Shown here piece after piece: positions 28,897 through 40,680 of a stretch of DNA of 64,000 bases. The DNA comes from Acidobacteriota bacterium (GTDB lineage Bacteria; Acidobacteriota; UBA6911). The notes below the pieces were generated by a model, which was not told the origin of the DNA, made no database searches, and saw nothing but the letters and a program-made list of their open reading frames with translations. A program made the translations under genes and the position numbers. The stretch spans positions 1,024,001-1,088,000 of the forward strand of contig OY761556.1 of assembly GCA_963664705.1 (NCBI GenBank), read 5' to 3'. Within the stretch, counting starts at the first letter, position 1. Each line of letters begins with the position of its first letter.

Positions 28897-30402
28897 CTAT
28901 CGTCGTGGAACTGCGGCAAATCCCGGGCGCCCTGACAGCTTCCATGGGCTTTCGGCTTCTGATTGGCCGGGTTGTGACAGTTCGGTCGTCTCGGCATAGG
29001 CGAGAGCGGCCGCGAGTGCGTGTGGCGTCGGCATCAAGGCCTCTGAGCTCGAAGGCTTCATCGATTGCAGCTGCATTTCCTCCACGAGACCGGTATGCGT
29101 GTGTCCTGCAATGAAATCGCCATTGGACAATAATTCGAGAAAGAAGGAGATGTTTGTCCGTAAGCCGGTAATTCGGTATTCCTGAAGCGCTCGTCGCAAG
29201 CGGCCGATTGTCTGTGTGCGATCTGCCCCGGTTACAATCAGTTTGGAAAGGAGTGGATCGTAATGGATGGAAACCTCCCAGCCTTGATAAATTCCGGAAT
29301 CAAGCCGGACCCCCGGCCCCTGCGGTTCCTGGAGGCGTCGAATCACTCCGGCGGACGGAATCATGCGGACGGGATCCTCCGCGCATATTCGGCACTCCAT
29401 GGCACAGCCGCGCATCTGTACCTGCTCCTGGCGGAATGAGAGCCGGGCCCCGGAGGCAATGCGGAATTGCTCGGCCACCAGATCAATGCCCGTTACTGCC
29501 TCTGTGATTGGATGTTCAACCTGGAGGCGTGTATTCATTTCCAGAAAGTAAAAATTCCGGTCCGAATCAAGCAGGAATTCAATCGTTCCCGCTCCCTCAT
29601 AGTGGGCCGCGCGGGTGATCCGCGTCGCGACCTCACCCATTTTCCGTCGCAGTTTTTCATCCAGCGTGGGGCTTGGGCTTTCTTCAAACAATTTTTGGTG
29701 TCGGCGCTGAATGGAGCATTCGCGTTCTCCGAGATGAACCACGTTGCCATGCCGGTCGGCCAGAACCTGGATTTCTATGTGACGCGGTTTCTCCATGTAT
29801 TTTTCCAGGTAGAGCGAAGAGTCCCCAAAAGAGCGGAGCGCCTCGGATCCCGCGGCAACGAAGTCCCCTCTCATGTGGGACTCATCGGTAACAAAGCGCA
29901 TGCCCCGGCCCCCTCCGCCGGCAGAAGCTTTTATCATGACCGGATATCCCAGGACGCGGGCTTCCTTTATCGCATCTTCAACCGATGTGAGCGGGGCATA
30001 GGTGCCGGGGACGAGCGGAATTCCGTGTTTATGAAGCAGCGTGCGTGCGTTGGTTTTGCTTCCCATCATCCGCATTGATTCTTCAGACGGACCGATAAAC
30101 GTAATCCCGGCTTTTGCACAGGCGGCGGCAAAGGCGGGATTTTCGGACAGAAATCCATATCCGGGATGAATGGCATCCGCTCCGGATCTCCTGGCCGCTT
30201 CAATGACCTTGTCAATATTGAGATAGCTTTCCAGGGAAGGGGCGGGTCCAAGCAGATAGGCCTCGTCCGCAAGCCGCACGTGCAGCGATGCCCGATCCGC
30301 CTCGGAAAAGACCGCGATGGGAACCATTCCACCATCTCTGCAGGCACGGATTATCCGGACGGCGATTTCTCCTCGATTCGCTATCAGAATTCTTTGGAGC
30401 AT
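28897..30402 (-). CDS. accC: Biotin carboxylase subunit of acetyl/propionyl-CoA carboxylase
   Basis: ANRGEIA, HPGYGFLSEN, GGGGRGMR and EMNTRLQVEH motifs. Confidence 0.93.
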   Translation of the reverse strand: MLQRILIANRGEIAVRIIRACRDGGMVPIAVFSEADRASLHVRLADEAYLLGPAPSLESYLNIDKVIEAARRSGADAIHPGYGFLSENPAFAAACAKAGITFIGPSEESMRMMGSKTNARTLLHKHGIPLVPGTYAPLTSVEDAIKEARVLGYPVMIKASAGGGGRGMRFVTDESHMRGDFVAAGSEALRSFGDSSLYLEKYMEKPRHIEIQVLADRHGNVVHLGERECSIQRRHQKLFEESPSPTLDEKLRRKMGEVATRITRAAHYEGAGTIEFLLDSDRNFYFLEMNTRLQVEHPITEAVTGIDLVAEQFRIASGARLSFRQEQVQMRGCAMECRICAEDPVRMIPSAGVIRRLQEPQGPGVRLDSGIYQGWEVSIHYDPLLSKLIVTGADRTQTIGRLRRALQEYRITGLRTNISFFLELLSNGDFIAGHTHTGLVEEMQLQSMKPSSSEALMPTPHALAAALAYAETTELSQPGQSEAESPWKLSGRPGFAAVPRR

Positions 30403-30440
30403 GAGGGCCTTTCTTTGTGAGCCGGAGTTCTGACTCCCCT

Positions 30441-30475
30441 CTCCTGACTCCTGACTCCTGTCTCCTGTCTCCTTT
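30441..30475. repeat. Heptamer tandem repeat (CTCCTGW), about 5 copies
   Basis: ctcctga ctcctga ctcctgt ctcctgt ctccttt. Confidence 0.8.
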
Positions 30476-32020
30476 TTACAATGGAATGTTCCCGTGCTTC
30501 TTGGGGGGAGTCGTATCCTTCTTGTTTTGCAGCATGCGCAAACCTGTAATCAGTTTTGCGCGCGTGATCCGCGGCTCGATAACTTCATCGATAAAGCCGC
30601 GCTGTGCCGCAATATAGGGTGATGCAAATTTGTTTCGGTATTCCGCTATCTTTTCGGCGCGGAGTTCCTGGGAATTTGGCGTCGATTTGAGCGCGTTTCG
30701 AAACAAAATGTTGATGGCGCCTTCCGGCCCCATGACGGCAATTTCGGCGGAAGGGAAGGCATAGTTGAGATCTGTGCGCAAATGCTTGGACGCCATCACG
30801 CAATAGGCTCCGCCATACGACTTGCGAGTGATAATGGTTATTTTCGGCACAGTGGCTTCCGCAAAGGCATAAAGCAGTTTTGCCCCGTGACGGATTATGC
30901 CGCCATATTCTTGTGAAGTGCCTGGCAGGAATCCCGGGACATCCTCAAATGTGATCAGGGGAATGTTGAAGGCGTCGCAAAATCGGACGAATCGGGCAGC
31001 TTTGACGGATGCCGAAATATCGAGAGTGCCCGCCAGGTAGTTGGGCTGATTGGCCACAATTCCTACCGGGTAGCCGTCCAGCCGGGCAAATCCGACAATG
31101 ATATTTTTGGCAAAATGACGATGCACTTCGAAGAAGTACTGATTATCGAGAATCGGCCTGAAGACATCCTTCATGTCGTAGGCCTGGTTGGGGTCCGATG
31201 GGATGATATGGTTGAGGGACTCCTCCGCGCGATTCCACGGATCCGCGGTTGGCCTGCGCGGCGGATCTTCCAGATTATTGCCGGGCAGGAATCCGAGAAG
31301 CTCGCGGATGGTATCCAGGCACTCCGCGTCGTCGGCGACGGCGAAGTGGGAGACTCCGCTGGTTCCATTGTGGGTCATGGCCCCGCCGAGTTCCTCCATG
31401 GTGACTTCTTCATGGGTAACGGTTTTGACGACATCGGGACCCGTCAAAAACATATAGCTGGTGTCTTTGACCATGATGACGAAGTCTGTGATCGCGGGCG
31501 AATAAACCGCGCCGCCCGCGCAGGGGCCCATGATCGCGGATATCTGCGGCACAACTCCGCTGGCTATCGTATTGCGCAGGAATATATCGGCATAGCCTCC
31601 CAGGCTTGCCACCCCTTCCTGAATTCTCGCACCTCCCGAATCGCACAAGCCGATGATGGGGGCTCCCACCTTCATGGCGATGTCCATCACCTTGCAGATT
31701 TTTTCAGCGACCGTCTCGCTCAGGCTTCCCCCGAATACGGTGAAATCCTGCGAATAGAGGAAAACCTGCCTTCCATCGATACGCCCATACCCGGTGATTA
31801 CACCGTCTCCCGGAATCTTCTGCTGTTCCATTCCGAAATCGGTGCAGCGGTGCTCGACAAACTTATCCATTTCCTCGAAACTGCCGTCGTCCAGCAGTCG
31901 ATGGATGCGTTCTCTGGCGGTTAACTTGGAGGATTCGTGTTGTTTTTTGCGGCGTTCAGCGCCGCCCCCCTCTTCAGCCCTCTGATTGAGTTCTTGAAGT
32001 TCCCTCAGCTTATCGATCAT
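30476..32020 (-). CDS. pccB: Acyl-CoA carboxylase carboxyltransferase (beta) subunit
   Basis: [30 protein letters not shown] and KKHGNIPL motifs. Confidence 0.9.
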   Translation of the reverse strand: MIDKLRELQELNQRAEEGGGAERRKKQHESSKLTARERIHRLLDDGSFEEMDKFVEHRCTDFGMEQQKIPGDGVITGYGRIDGRQVFLYSQDFTVFGGSLSETVAEKICKVMDIAMKVGAPIIGLCDSGGARIQEGVASLGGYADIFLRNTIASGVVPQISAIMGPCAGGAVYSPAITDFVIMVKDTSYMFLTGPDVVKTVTHEEVTMEELGGAMTHNGTSGVSHFAVADDAECLDTIRELLGFLPGNNLEDPPRRPTADPWNRAEESLNHIIPSDPNQAYDMKDVFRPILDNQYFFEVHRHFAKNIIVGFARLDGYPVGIVANQPNYLAGTLDISASVKAARFVRFCDAFNIPLITFEDVPGFLPGTSQEYGGIIRHGAKLLYAFAEATVPKITIITRKSYGGAYCVMASKHLRTDLNYAFPSAEIAVMGPEGAINILFRNALKSTPNSQELRAEKIAEYRNKFASPYIAAQRGFIDEVIEPRITRAKLITGLRMLQNKKDTTPPKKHGNIPL

Positions 32021-32099
32021 TTTGTTCGCCTTCACGGTGTCAGGGGGGAGATGGGTAAGCATCTCGGGAATTCGCCGTGCGAAGTGTAAAAAATGCCGT

Positions 32100-32753
32100 T
32101 TATGGTTTCAGCGACTTTACCTTCTCCCAATCCTTCAAAAACCTCTCGAGCCCGATGTCCGTCAGGGGGTGATTCAGAAGTTGTTCGAGAACCTTGAACG
32201 GCATCGTCGCGACATCTGCGCCCAGCAGCGCCGCTTCCCGGATGTGCAACGGGTTCCGGCAACTGGCCACCAGGATCTCGGTTGCAAAAGCATAGTTTTC
32301 GAAAATCTGCACAAGATCGGCAACCAGGCTCATCCCGACTTCGCTGATGTCGTCAAACCGGCCCACGAACGGGGACACATAGGTTGCGCCGAGTTTGGCT
32401 GCAATCAAAGCCTGGTTGCAGTTGAAAATCAGGGTGACGTTGGTTTTGATCCCGTCTTTGGAAAGTTGCTTGAGCGCCTTCATCCCTTCTTTGATCATCG
32501 GGATTTTGATGACGATGTTGTCGTGAAGCTTGGCCAGTTCGTAGGCTTCCTTCAACATGCCGGCGGCGTCGGTGCTTACAACCTCTGCGCTGATCGGTCC
32601 GTCAACGATCTTGGTGATTTCGAGGATAATATCCTTGAATGCGCGTCCCTCTTTGCTTACCAGGGATGGGTTTGTGGTGACTCCATCGATGAGACCATAA
32701 TCAGCGGCATGACGGATTTCGTCGATATTTGCGGTATCCAAGAAAAATTTCAT
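32100..32753 (-). CDS. tal: Transaldolase (short TalC/FSA family)
   Basis: FFLDTA, GVTTNPS, ISAEV, KIP, TLIF and SPFVGR motifs. The Glu and Phe at the diagnostic positions favour transaldolase over FSA. Confidence 0.88.
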   Translation of the reverse strand: MKFFLDTANIDEIRHAADYGLIDGVTTNPSLVSKEGRAFKDIILEITKIVDGPISAEVVSTDAAGMLKEAYELAKLHDNIVIKIPMIKEGMKALKQLSKDGIKTNVTLIFNCNQALIAAKLGATYVSPFVGRFDDISEVGMSLVADLVQIFENYAFATEILVASCRNPLHIREAALLGADVATMPFKVLEQLLNHPLTDIGLERFLKDWEKVKSLKP

Positions 32754-32872
32754 AGGTGCTCTCTCCCTTACAAAGTTGAATATTATAAGAAATTTCGTGT
32801 CGTGTCAGGTAAAACGGCGAGAGCCTGTGAATTGGCCGGAGTTCTCAATTCGACAAAGGTTCGCCTGCAGTC

Positions 32873-34009
32873 CTAGCGCTGCTCCGAATCTGCCTTTAAC
32901 GGCGGGCTCGCATTGCCATAGGCGTCGACCGCCTGGATCTCATACTCGTATTGTTTATCCGGCTCCATGCCCGTGTCCCTGAAGCTCAAACCTCGAACCA
33001 GTTCGGGTTGAATCGCCCGGCGTTCGGATGTCCCTTTTTCTCTCCGATACAGGCGATATCCTGCAACGTCTGCTGATGGTGACGGCTCCCAAAGCAGGAC
33101 AATCGCATTTCCCTGGATCAGGGCGCTGAAATCGGCGGGAGGCTCCGGCGGGAAAACATCCTTCGTGCTAATGGATACGGGCGGCGAGGGAAGGCTTTCC
33201 GGATACGGTTGGTGTAGGCTTCCCACGGTGGTAATGGCGTAGTAATACGTTGTTTCAAACCTGAAATTCGTATCTTCGAATGCCGTTGAAGTCACTGGGT
33301 TTGCGTTCAGGGGGGACACCGGAAATTTTTTTGGGTCTTCCGTTCGGTAGATATTATAGCCGGCATTTCGCGGTGGCACCGATCCGTCCATGTTTTCAGC
33401 GGGAACGGCCCATTGAATCTGGATCGAGCCCTGTGTGCCTCTAAGGGCAATCCCGCCGGGAGGGGGCGGAATCGGCACAGGGGTAATGGCTGCCTGGTTG
33501 CTCAAGCCGGCGCTCTGGTTTTTTTTGTTCACGAATAGAACCGCATAGCGGTAGGCGTGAGAAAACATTTCCGATGGAGGGGGAGGGAACCGGTCCTGAA
33601 ATATGTACCGGTTATCCACTAGAATCTCCGCCAATTTCGGAGCATCGAGAGACAGAATCCGATTGGCCGGCTGCAGAAACTGCAGCTCAGCGGATCCGGT
33701 TTGCGAGACTGTCGGGTTCTCGGTCAAACGGTACACCTCGATGCGCCCAAGGATCACAGGCGTCGATCCGTTCGTGTTGGCTTCCGGCTTTGAGACGGAC
33801 AGGACGATGTGATCGGATACCTGCCGCACGGCCAGATCTGTTGCGGCTTTCGGAATGCGGATTTCTGGAGCGCGAGGCTCCGCAATCTTGGCGCATCCGG
33901 CATTCGCGATCAGAATCCCGAGTATCAGAAAAAGGAAAAAGCACGCCCCTGTTTCGGAGGGACCTTTTCCACGGGTTCGAAAACGGCGATGAGGCATGAG
34001 ACCTTGCAT
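32873..34009 (-). CDS. Fibronectin type III domain lipoprotein
   Basis: Lipobox-like NAGC and FN3 repeats (GYNIYR, YYYAITTV, GYRLYR, YEYEIQAVD). Confidence 0.75.
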   Translation of the reverse strand: MQGLMPHRRFRTRGKGPSETGACFFLFLILGILIANAGCAKIAEPRAPEIRIPKAATDLAVRQVSDHIVLSVSKPEANTNGSTPVILGRIEVYRLTENPTVSQTGSAELQFLQPANRILSLDAPKLAEILVDNRYIFQDRFPPPPSEMFSHAYRYAVLFVNKKNQSAGLSNQAAITPVPIPPPPGGIALRGTQGSIQIQWAVPAENMDGSVPPRNAGYNIYRTEDPKKFPVSPLNANPVTSTAFEDTNFRFETTYYYAITTVGSLHQPYPESLPSPPVSISTKDVFPPEPPADFSALIQGNAIVLLWEPSPSADVAGYRLYRREKGTSERRAIQPELVRGLSFRDTGMEPDKQYEYEIQAVDAYGNASPPLKADSEQR

Positions 34010-35409
34010 TAGAGAATATACCGGCTCAAGTCCCTGTCCCGCGCGATGCCGTCAAGTTTCCGGCGGACATACTCTGCATTGATGCGGATTTCGCGGGGAT
34101 TGCGTTGTTTTCCTTCGAATGAGACATCTTCCAGGAGCGCTTCCATGATGGTGTGCAGTCGGCGCGCGCCGATGTTTTCTGCACTTTCGTTCACCATGCA
34201 GGCCAGCCGGGATATTTCGCGGATGGCATCGGCGGTGAAACGAAGCTTCAGCCCTTCAGTTCCCAGCAATGCCGTGTATTGTTTGATCAGAGCATTCTTC
34301 GGCTCCTGGAGGATGCGCGAAAAATCCTCTTCACTCAGAGGATTCAGTTCTACTCGAATGGGGAATCTTCCCTGCAATTCCGGGATGAGGTCCGTCGGCT
34401 TGGAAACATGAAACGCGCCGGCCGCGATGAATAAAATGTGGTCGGTTCGCACCATGCCGTAGCGTGTGTTTACGGTCGTGCCTTCTATTATCGGGAGAAT
34501 ATCCCGTTGTACGCCCTCTCGACTGACATCCGGTCCATGGCCGGCTTCACGCCCGGCAATCTTGTCGATTTCGTCGAGAAATATGATCCCTCGTTGTTCT
34601 ACTCGATCCAGTGCAAGCCGGGCGACCTGCTCCATGTCGACCAGCTTTTGTTCCTCCTCCTGCATCACATACTCAGCGGCCTCATCCACCGGCACCCGGC
34701 GTTTTTTCGATTTGCCTTCAATCATGCCGGAGAGGAGATCCCGCATGTTGAATTGGAGCTCTTCGATGCTGGATCCTTCGAAGAACTGGAGCGATATCGG
34801 GTTCATGGGATGCTCCCGTATTTCCAGTTCGATAATTCGTTTGTCGAGTTTGCCGGAACGAAGCTGTTTGCGCAGCTTCTCCCGCATTGCTTCAATGCGG
34901 GCGAGATCCCGGCTTTCCAGCTTGGTCCCGTCGCCAGGGACATTCTGCAGAGCTGCCAGGAGCATATCGAGCAGGCGTTCTTCCGCGTTTTGCTCGGCTT
35001 TTTCCTCGATTTCGTTGATTTTCTCCAGCCGGACCATGTCGACGGCGATCTCCACCAGGTCTCGAACCATGGATTCAACATCCCGGCCGACATAGCCGAT
35101 TTCCGTGAATTTCGTTGCTTCCACCTTTAGAAATGGCGAGTTTGCCAGCCGGGCGAGTCTGCGGGCGATTTCTGTTTTGCCCACGCCGGTCGGCCCCATC
35201 ATGATGATGTTCTTGGGGGCGATTTCCTCCGCCATTTCTTCATCAAGCTTCTGCCGACGCATCCGGTTGCGCAGCGCGATGGCCACCGCCTTTTTTGCCG
35301 CCTGCTGGCCTACAACATACCGGTCAAGTTCCTCGACGATTTCCTTGGGGGCCATGTCGTCCAAGCCGTGGCCGGGTCTTTTTTTGCGTTTCCCGAATTC
35401 TTGCATCAA
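34009..35409 (-). CDS. hslU: ATP-dependent protease ATPase subunit
   Basis: GPTGVGKTEIARRLA, GYVGRDVES, DEIDKI and GARRL motifs. Confidence 0.97.
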   Translation of the reverse strand: MMQEFGKRKKRPGHGLDDMAPKEIVEELDRYVVGQQAAKKAVAIALRNRMRRQKLDEEMAEEIAPKNIIMMGPTGVGKTEIARRLARLANSPFLKVEATKFTEIGYVGRDVESMVRDLVEIAVDMVRLEKINEIEEKAEQNAEERLLDMLLAALQNVPGDGTKLESRDLARIEAMREKLRKQLRSGKLDKRIIELEIREHPMNPISLQFFEGSSIEELQFNMRDLLSGMIEGKSKKRRVPVDEAAEYVMQEEEQKLVDMEQVARLALDRVEQRGIIFLDEIDKIAGREAGHGPDVSREGVQRDILPIIEGTTVNTRYGMVRTDHILFIAAGAFHVSKPTDLIPELQGRFPIRVELNPLSEEDFSRILQEPKNALIKQYTALLGTEGLKLRFTADAIREISRLACMVNESAENIGARRLHTIMEALLEDVSFEGKQRNPREIRINAEYVRRKLDGIARDRDLSRYIL

Positions 35410-35522
35410 ATCTCGCTATGGAGGAGTTTCTTGCCGCCGCTGGGGTGAATCCTCAAGGCCGGCAGGAATTCCATCCGGAATAGGGTAATTGATCAGGCGT
35501 GCCGTCGGTTACAAGGGACGAC

Positions 35523-36068
35523 CTATATTTCTTCCACAATAATTTCGTTATTGGTGAAGATACAAATCTCGCTGGCGATCTTCAGGGACTCCACGGCAAT
35601 CTGTTTGGCTGAAAGCTTGGTGTGGCGTGTCAATGCGCGCGCTGCCGATAACGCGTAGACGCCGCCGGATCCGGCCGCCAGAATTCCATCGTCGGGCTCG
35701 ATCACGTCTCCCGTTCCGGAAAGCAGGTAGGTGGACTTGCCGTCCGTTGCCAGCAGGAGCGCTTCCAGATGACGAAGGGCGCGGTCTGTACGCCATTCTT
35801 GGGCGAGTTCTACGGCTGCGCGGCTCAGATTGCCCTGGAATTGCTCCAGTTTGACTTCGAGCCTCGAAAATAGCGCAAATGCGTCCGCCGTCGAGCCGGC
35901 AAATCCTACGAGAACCCGATCGTTATAAACCCGCCGTATCTTTCGAGCGCTCTGTTTGATGATCGTGTCACCGAGAGACACCTGCCCGTCTCCGGCAATC
36001 ACCACATGATTACCTTTTTTGACCAATAGAATTGTCGTGCCGTGAAAAGCATTATTTTCAGGATTCAT
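35523..36068 (-). CDS. hslV: ATP-dependent protease peptidase subunit
   Basis: [21 protein letters not shown] and GSGG motifs. Confidence 0.96.
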   Translation of the reverse strand: MNPENNAFHGTTILLVKKGNHVVIAGDGQVSLGDTIIKQSARKIRRVYNDRVLVGFAGSTADAFALFSRLEVKLEQFQGNLSRAAVELAQEWRTDRALRHLEALLLATDGKSTYLLSGTGDVIEPDDGILAAGSGGVYALSAARALTRHTKLSAKQIAVESLKIASEICIFTNNEIIVEEI

Positions 36069-36138
36069 AACGGGGCAGTATATCAAAAAAAAGCGGAGGC
36101 TCCGCCATTTTCGCGGAGCACGAGCAATCCAGGGGGCC

Positions 36139-36408
36139 CTAATCTTTGAACCATGTCCATATGCCAATGGCAATGAAAAGCAACGAGGCGATCTTGGATA
36201 AGACCGACTGGGGAATATAACGTGTAACTGCCTCTCCGGCTAAAACCGCAATCGCTGTCAACAGGACAAGGGCTGTGGCTCCTCCCAGGAAAATAGACAA
36301 CGGGCTTTTGGAGGATGCTGACATCGTGATCATGGCGATCTGCGTTTTATCCCCGAGTTCCGCAATAAAGAGTGCTACAAATGCAGTGAAAAACTGTTTC
36401 CATACCAT
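36139..36408 (-). CDS. TMEM165/GDT1 (UPF0016) single-repeat membrane protein
   Basis: One AELGDKTQ motif and three hydrophobic segments. Confidence 0.85.
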   Translation of the reverse strand: MVWKQFFTAFVALFIAELGDKTQIAMITMSASSKSPLSIFLGGATALVLLTAIAVLAGEAVTRYIPQSVLSKIASLLFIAIGIWTWFKD

Positions 36409-36541
36409 GGGAAAATCCTTTAAAAAACAAAATGGGCTTATACCCAATCCAACCAAAGCCAGGGAGAGATAATATACGAAAATCACATGGATGGCTTCTT
36501 GCTTCTGGCTCTCAGCTGCTTTAGATTTCGTGTGGGAGCTT

Positions 36542-37735
36542 ATGATGACCAAGAGACTGTATTACAGCGATTCGTATTTGAGGGAATTTCCCGCCACCGT
36601 GATCGATCGGCGGCAGGTGGAAAAGAATATTGCCGCAATTCTGGATGAGACTGCCTTTTATCCGGAATCGGGGGGACAGCCTTACGATACCGGTTTCCTT
36701 GGCGATGTACGGGTGCTCCGCGTCATCGAAAGCGATGCGGGCGAGATTTTGCACGTATTGGAGCGGGAGATTCCCGCCGGCCCTGTCATGGGCCGAATCG
36801 ACTGGGGGCGGCGCTTTGATCACATGCAGCAGCATACCGGGCAGCATATTCTCTCCCAGGCCTTCGTGAATGTGGCCAAGGCACCGACCCTCTCTTTTCA
36901 CATGGGCCAGGATTCATCCACTATTGATGTGGCCATCGCTCAGCCATCTGCCGGCCAAATGGAAGAGGTTCAGGCGCTCGCTTCCGACCTGGTTTTTCAG
37001 AACCGGCCCGTTCATGTGATCTTCACCGATCGCGAAGGACTCAATTCCCTGGGTGTGCGCAAAGAGACCGATCGCGAAGGCGAGATCCGTGTGATCGACG
37101 TGGAAAATTTTGATCGATCTGCCTGTGGGGGAACTCATGTCCGCGACACAGGCGAAATCGGGCTGATTTGCATCCTGGGATTTGAAAAGTATAAAGGCGG
37201 CACTCGGGTGGAGTTTGTTGCCGGCAGCCGCGCATTGCGATCCTATCAACGGGATCATGAAATCCTAAAAAGGCTGAGCCGGTTGCATTCCGCTGCTCCG
37301 GAATCCATCCCGGAAATTACCGAGAAGCTGATACAGGAAAAGACATCTCTGTCGCGCGAAATTGAGAATCTGCGCGGGGAATTGCTGGATGTCGAGGCAA
37401 AGGAGTTGATGGCTGCGGCGCCCAAAGGCCAGACTCCAACAATGATAAGAAAGGTGTACGCGGAGCGGAGCCTGGACAGTGTAAAGGTGCTTGCCCAGAA
37501 GGTTGTGGCTCAACCCAATACTCTCGCGATTTTTGCCATTTCCGATGCCATCCAGGTTGTCGTGGCGCGAAGCAAGGATATGACTGGAAGCTGCAATGAA
37601 GCTGTCAAGCGCGCCATTTCCGAACTGGGCGGAAAAGGAGGCGGGCGACCCGAGTTGGCTCAGGCCGGTGGCTTTTCTGCCGATGCTCTCGATTCCTGGA
37701 TGCTTTCCTTGGAAAGCTATTTTCTGAATCGCTGA
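36542..37735 (+). CDS. Alanyl-tRNA editing protein (AlaX-like) with DHHA1 domain
   Basis: FYPESGGQPYD, HMQQHTGQH, CGGTH and GGKGGG motifs. Confidence 0.9.
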   Translation: MMTKRLYYSDSYLREFPATVIDRRQVEKNIAAILDETAFYPESGGQPYDTGFLGDVRVLRVIESDAGEILHVLEREIPAGPVMGRIDWGRRFDHMQQHTGQHILSQAFVNVAKAPTLSFHMGQDSSTIDVAIAQPSAGQMEEVQALASDLVFQNRPVHVIFTDREGLNSLGVRKETDREGEIRVIDVENFDRSACGGTHVRDTGEIGLICILGFEKYKGGTRVEFVAGSRALRSYQRDHEILKRLSRLHSAAPESIPEITEKLIQEKTSLSREIENLRGELLDVEAKELMAAAPKGQTPTMIRKVYAERSLDSVKVLAQKVVAQPNTLAIFAISDAIQVVVARSKDMTGSCNEAVKRAISELGGKGGGRPELAQAGGFSADALDSWMLSLESYFLNR

Positions 37736-37810
37736 GCAGTCCCATCCCGGCTAATGCCGCATATTATTTGCGGAATCCCAGATTTCAAATTTCAGGCCAA
37801 GGGTATTCCT

Positions 37811-38371
37811 TTACCGGGATTCGCGGTCTCGTCTTCGCGCAATGGAACGGCTTCCTATCGGCTCAATTCTCAATACGCGCCAATCATCGCTGAAATCGGG
37901 CGAGCCGAGATTCAGCCGATTCACTTTCAAGACCAGAGCTTCGAAGTCGAACCGCGAGAGCGGGGCCAGCTGAAAATCATCATTTCCTATCCGGATGGAC
38001 GCCCCAAACAGTTGCCGGGCATCGCCGAAATCCCCGTCCAGACGCACGCCAAACGCGGATCTCGGATGGACTGCAATCGATGTTACGCTCATCGGTTGCT
38101 GAAACTGACCGGTTTCAACGGAAATCAAGGTAGGGGATGCTTTGCGATTATCGAGCGATAACCGTATGTCCTTTGCCTGAATTCTGGCTTCTGCATCCGT
38201 CATAGAGACGAAATTGAGCAATGGAACGCCCGGTTTAACAATCTCGATAGTGAGGATGTAGTCGTGATCGACAAAGGCATAACAGGCACTCCTATCAGCC
38301 GGCGGCTTTTCCGTCGGCGCGGGAGCCTGGATAAAAAGAGAAAAACCAATAACCAATAGTAACGGAATCAT
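37811..38371 (-). CDS. Hypothetical exported protein
   Basis: N-terminal signal-like peptide. Same strand as dacB. Confidence 0.6.
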   Translation of the reverse strand: MIPLLLVIGFSLFIQAPAPTEKPPADRSACYAFVDHDYILTIEIVKPGVPLLNFVSMTDAEARIQAKDIRLSLDNRKASPTLISVETGQFQQPMSVTSIAVHPRSAFGVRLDGDFGDARQLFGASIRIGNDDFQLAPLSRFDFEALVLKVNRLNLGSPDFSDDWRVLRIEPIGSRSIARRRDRESR

Positions 38372-38454
38372 ATTGGGTCCCTGATATATGTTGCATTATC
38401 CTGGCCGGGACCTGCAACCTCAAAGGAGTGGCTTGGGGCGAGGCGGAGTTTTGG

Positions 38455-39957
38455 CTAATTGGGGCTCCGGGCAAATTCGGCCAGCTTCTCAATGGCTTTG
38501 TCCTGAAGCGTCTCTACGATATCTTTTGCGGCCATGGAATTGTTTACCGAAATGGAGAATGCCAGCATTTCCCCATCCGCTGTCTTTACATAGCCGGAAA
38601 TAGTCGAGACATTGGCCATCGAGCCGGTTTTGGCATGCACATTGTTTTTGGTCCGGCTCTTCTTCATTCTATCGGAAAGCGTTCCATCCGTGCCCGCTAT
38701 GGGCAAGGAATCGTAAAAGATCTCGAAATTCTTCTGCTGTCGCATGGATCGGAGCAGCTGAACCAGCGAATCGGCGCTTTCGAGATTCTGCCGTGAGAGA
38801 CCGGACCCATCCGCATACACATAGCTTCCGGTGGGAATTTCCATTTCGGCAAGAGCCTCCTCCACGACCTCTCTGCCTTTGGCGAAGCTTCCTTCTCCCT
38901 TTTGTGTCAAGCCCAGAGCGCGCACCAATGTTTCCGCGTACAGGTTCTGGCTCTTTTTCAAAAGAGGTTTGAGGATGTCGGGGAGGGGAGGCGAATACGT
39001 GCTCCATAGCAACGAATAGGGTGGCGCACTGTAATTGCCCGGTATCGCCAGGCCGGATTTGTTGGCATGGATCCCTTCCTTTGAAAGGGCGCTCTCCACT
39101 GCTGCAAGAAAAAACCGCGTCGGGTGCTGAACCGCCACGCTTTGCACCATGGGTTCACTTTTGATTGGAATCGAGCCGGTTGCGCGGATGCTCTCATCCG
39201 AATCGAGATACTCGATCTGTGGCTCTGCTCCTCCCGGGCCCGATTCGGTCATAATGCGATTGTTGATTGCGAGGTAATCTTCCAGCGGTAGTGCGCGGAT
39301 TATCGCGGGGCTTGCCCTATCCGGGCCAGGCGCAATACGAAGGGAGATGACATTGTCATTGAATTGCAGAGCACAGGCTCGGGCGGCATAAGATCGGGGC
39401 AAGTCGTTCCACTCCCACCCAAAGCCCAGCCCCGGCGCATTGAAGGCGGAATCGTCGCCCAGAATCATTCCCGAGATAGTCCGGATGCCTTTCTCTTTTA
39501 GTGCAGCTGCCCAGTTCTTAAATACGGCAAAAGCATCCCCGTCGTGAAACCTCGGCGAACAGGATGGATCTCCGGAGCCCACGATAATCAGGTTGCCTTC
39601 CAAAACTCCGTCGTGGATTTGCCCATCGGTGAAGGCGCGTGTTTCAAATTTATAGTCGGGCCCCATCCGTACCAATGCAACTGCGGCGGTAATGAGTTTA
39701 TTGGTGGACGCGGGCGTAAACAGCTGTCGTGCGTTTTTCTCGTACAGGACTTCCTGTCGGTCCAGCGACATTACCTTCACGCATATCTGAGCCTGGGCCA
39801 GGCGTGGATCAGAAAAGTTTGCCTCCAGATCGGATCGCAGCTTGAGAATCGCCGGGGGGATGGAAGTTGTCGGCGTTTGCGCCGGGCATCGATGTATCCG
39901 GAGGTTTTCAGTAAAGAAAAGGATCAGGATCGCCAACAGGCAGTTTCGTAAGCGCAT
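38455..39957 (-). CDS. dacB: D-Ala-D-Ala carboxypeptidase/endopeptidase (PBP4)
   Basis: PASTNK (SxxK), SQN, DGSGLSR and KTG motifs. Confidence 0.94.
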   Translation of the reverse strand: MRLRNCLLAILILFFTENLRIHRCPAQTPTTSIPPAILKLRSDLEANFSDPRLAQAQICVKVMSLDRQEVLYEKNARQLFTPASTNKLITAAVALVRMGPDYKFETRAFTDGQIHDGVLEGNLIIVGSGDPSCSPRFHDGDAFAVFKNWAAALKEKGIRTISGMILGDDSAFNAPGLGFGWEWNDLPRSYAARACALQFNDNVISLRIAPGPDRASPAIIRALPLEDYLAINNRIMTESGPGGAEPQIEYLDSDESIRATGSIPIKSEPMVQSVAVQHPTRFFLAAVESALSKEGIHANKSGLAIPGNYSAPPYSLLWSTYSPPLPDILKPLLKKSQNLYAETLVRALGLTQKGEGSFAKGREVVEEALAEMEIPTGSYVYADGSGLSRQNLESADSLVQLLRSMRQQKNFEIFYDSLPIAGTDGTLSDRMKKSRTKNNVHAKTGSMANVSTISGYVKTADGEMLAFSISVNNSMAAKDIVETLQDKAIEKLAEFARSPN

Positions 39958-40041
39958 GGAAAAGGATTGTACACAAGATGCAGAACGCAGAATACAGAAT
40001 ACAAAGGATGAAGGGATACGGCAGGGAGATCGGGCGCGCTG

Positions 40042-40680
40042 TCAGCGTTTCAGTATCTTTAAACGGGCAAGAGCCGATTGAACGGTTTCGCCGGTCAAAG
40101 CCTCATATTCCGACGGGGTGTCAATGTCGTTGATAACGGCTGATTCCTCGGTTGCCAGTTCAGCGATTTCAGGCAGGTGCCGGAGGATGATTTTTTTGGG
40201 GCCTTCGTGCAGCGGCGCATCCAAAAACTCCTGGAAGACCGACTGTTGAAGGATTGCAGGGTGCCCTCTCCTGTCTCCGTGCCTGGGAAAAACCATCCGA
40301 CAGTTTGCCCGGATATAAAGCTGCACCAGATCTCGAACGAGAGTCTCAGATACCGCGGGCTGGTCGACCGGCCAGATCATGGCGGCCTCCGTGCCGGAGG
40401 ACAGGCTGGAAATGCCCACCTGGATGGATGATAGCTGTCCCCGGTCCGGGTCGTGATTGACGCGGATGGATACCGACGAATTATGGACTGTCGGTGCGAT
40501 TATATCTGCGCTGCGTCCCAGAATTATCACAGGATTGCCCAATCCGACTTTATGAACGGTTGTCAGGATATGGGCCAGAAATGTTGTTGTTCCCAAAGGG
40601 AGAAGCGCTTTGGGGTACCCCATGCGGGTGGAATCCCCGGCGGCAAGAATGATCGGTGTGATGGAATCGAAGGAGCGCAT
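40042..40680 (-). CDS. MobA/MocA-like nucleotidyltransferase
   Basis: ILAAGDSTRMG.PKALL, VDQP, GHP and DIDTP motifs. Confidence 0.88.
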   Translation of the reverse strand: MRSFDSITPIILAAGDSTRMGYPKALLPLGTTTFLAHILTTVHKVGLGNPVIILGRSADIIAPTVHNSSVSIRVNHDPDRGQLSSIQVGISSLSSGTEAAMIWPVDQPAVSETLVRDLVQLYIRANCRMVFPRHGDRRGHPAILQQSVFQEFLDAPLHEGPKKIILRHLPEIAELATEESAVINDIDTPSEYEALTGETVQSALARLKILKR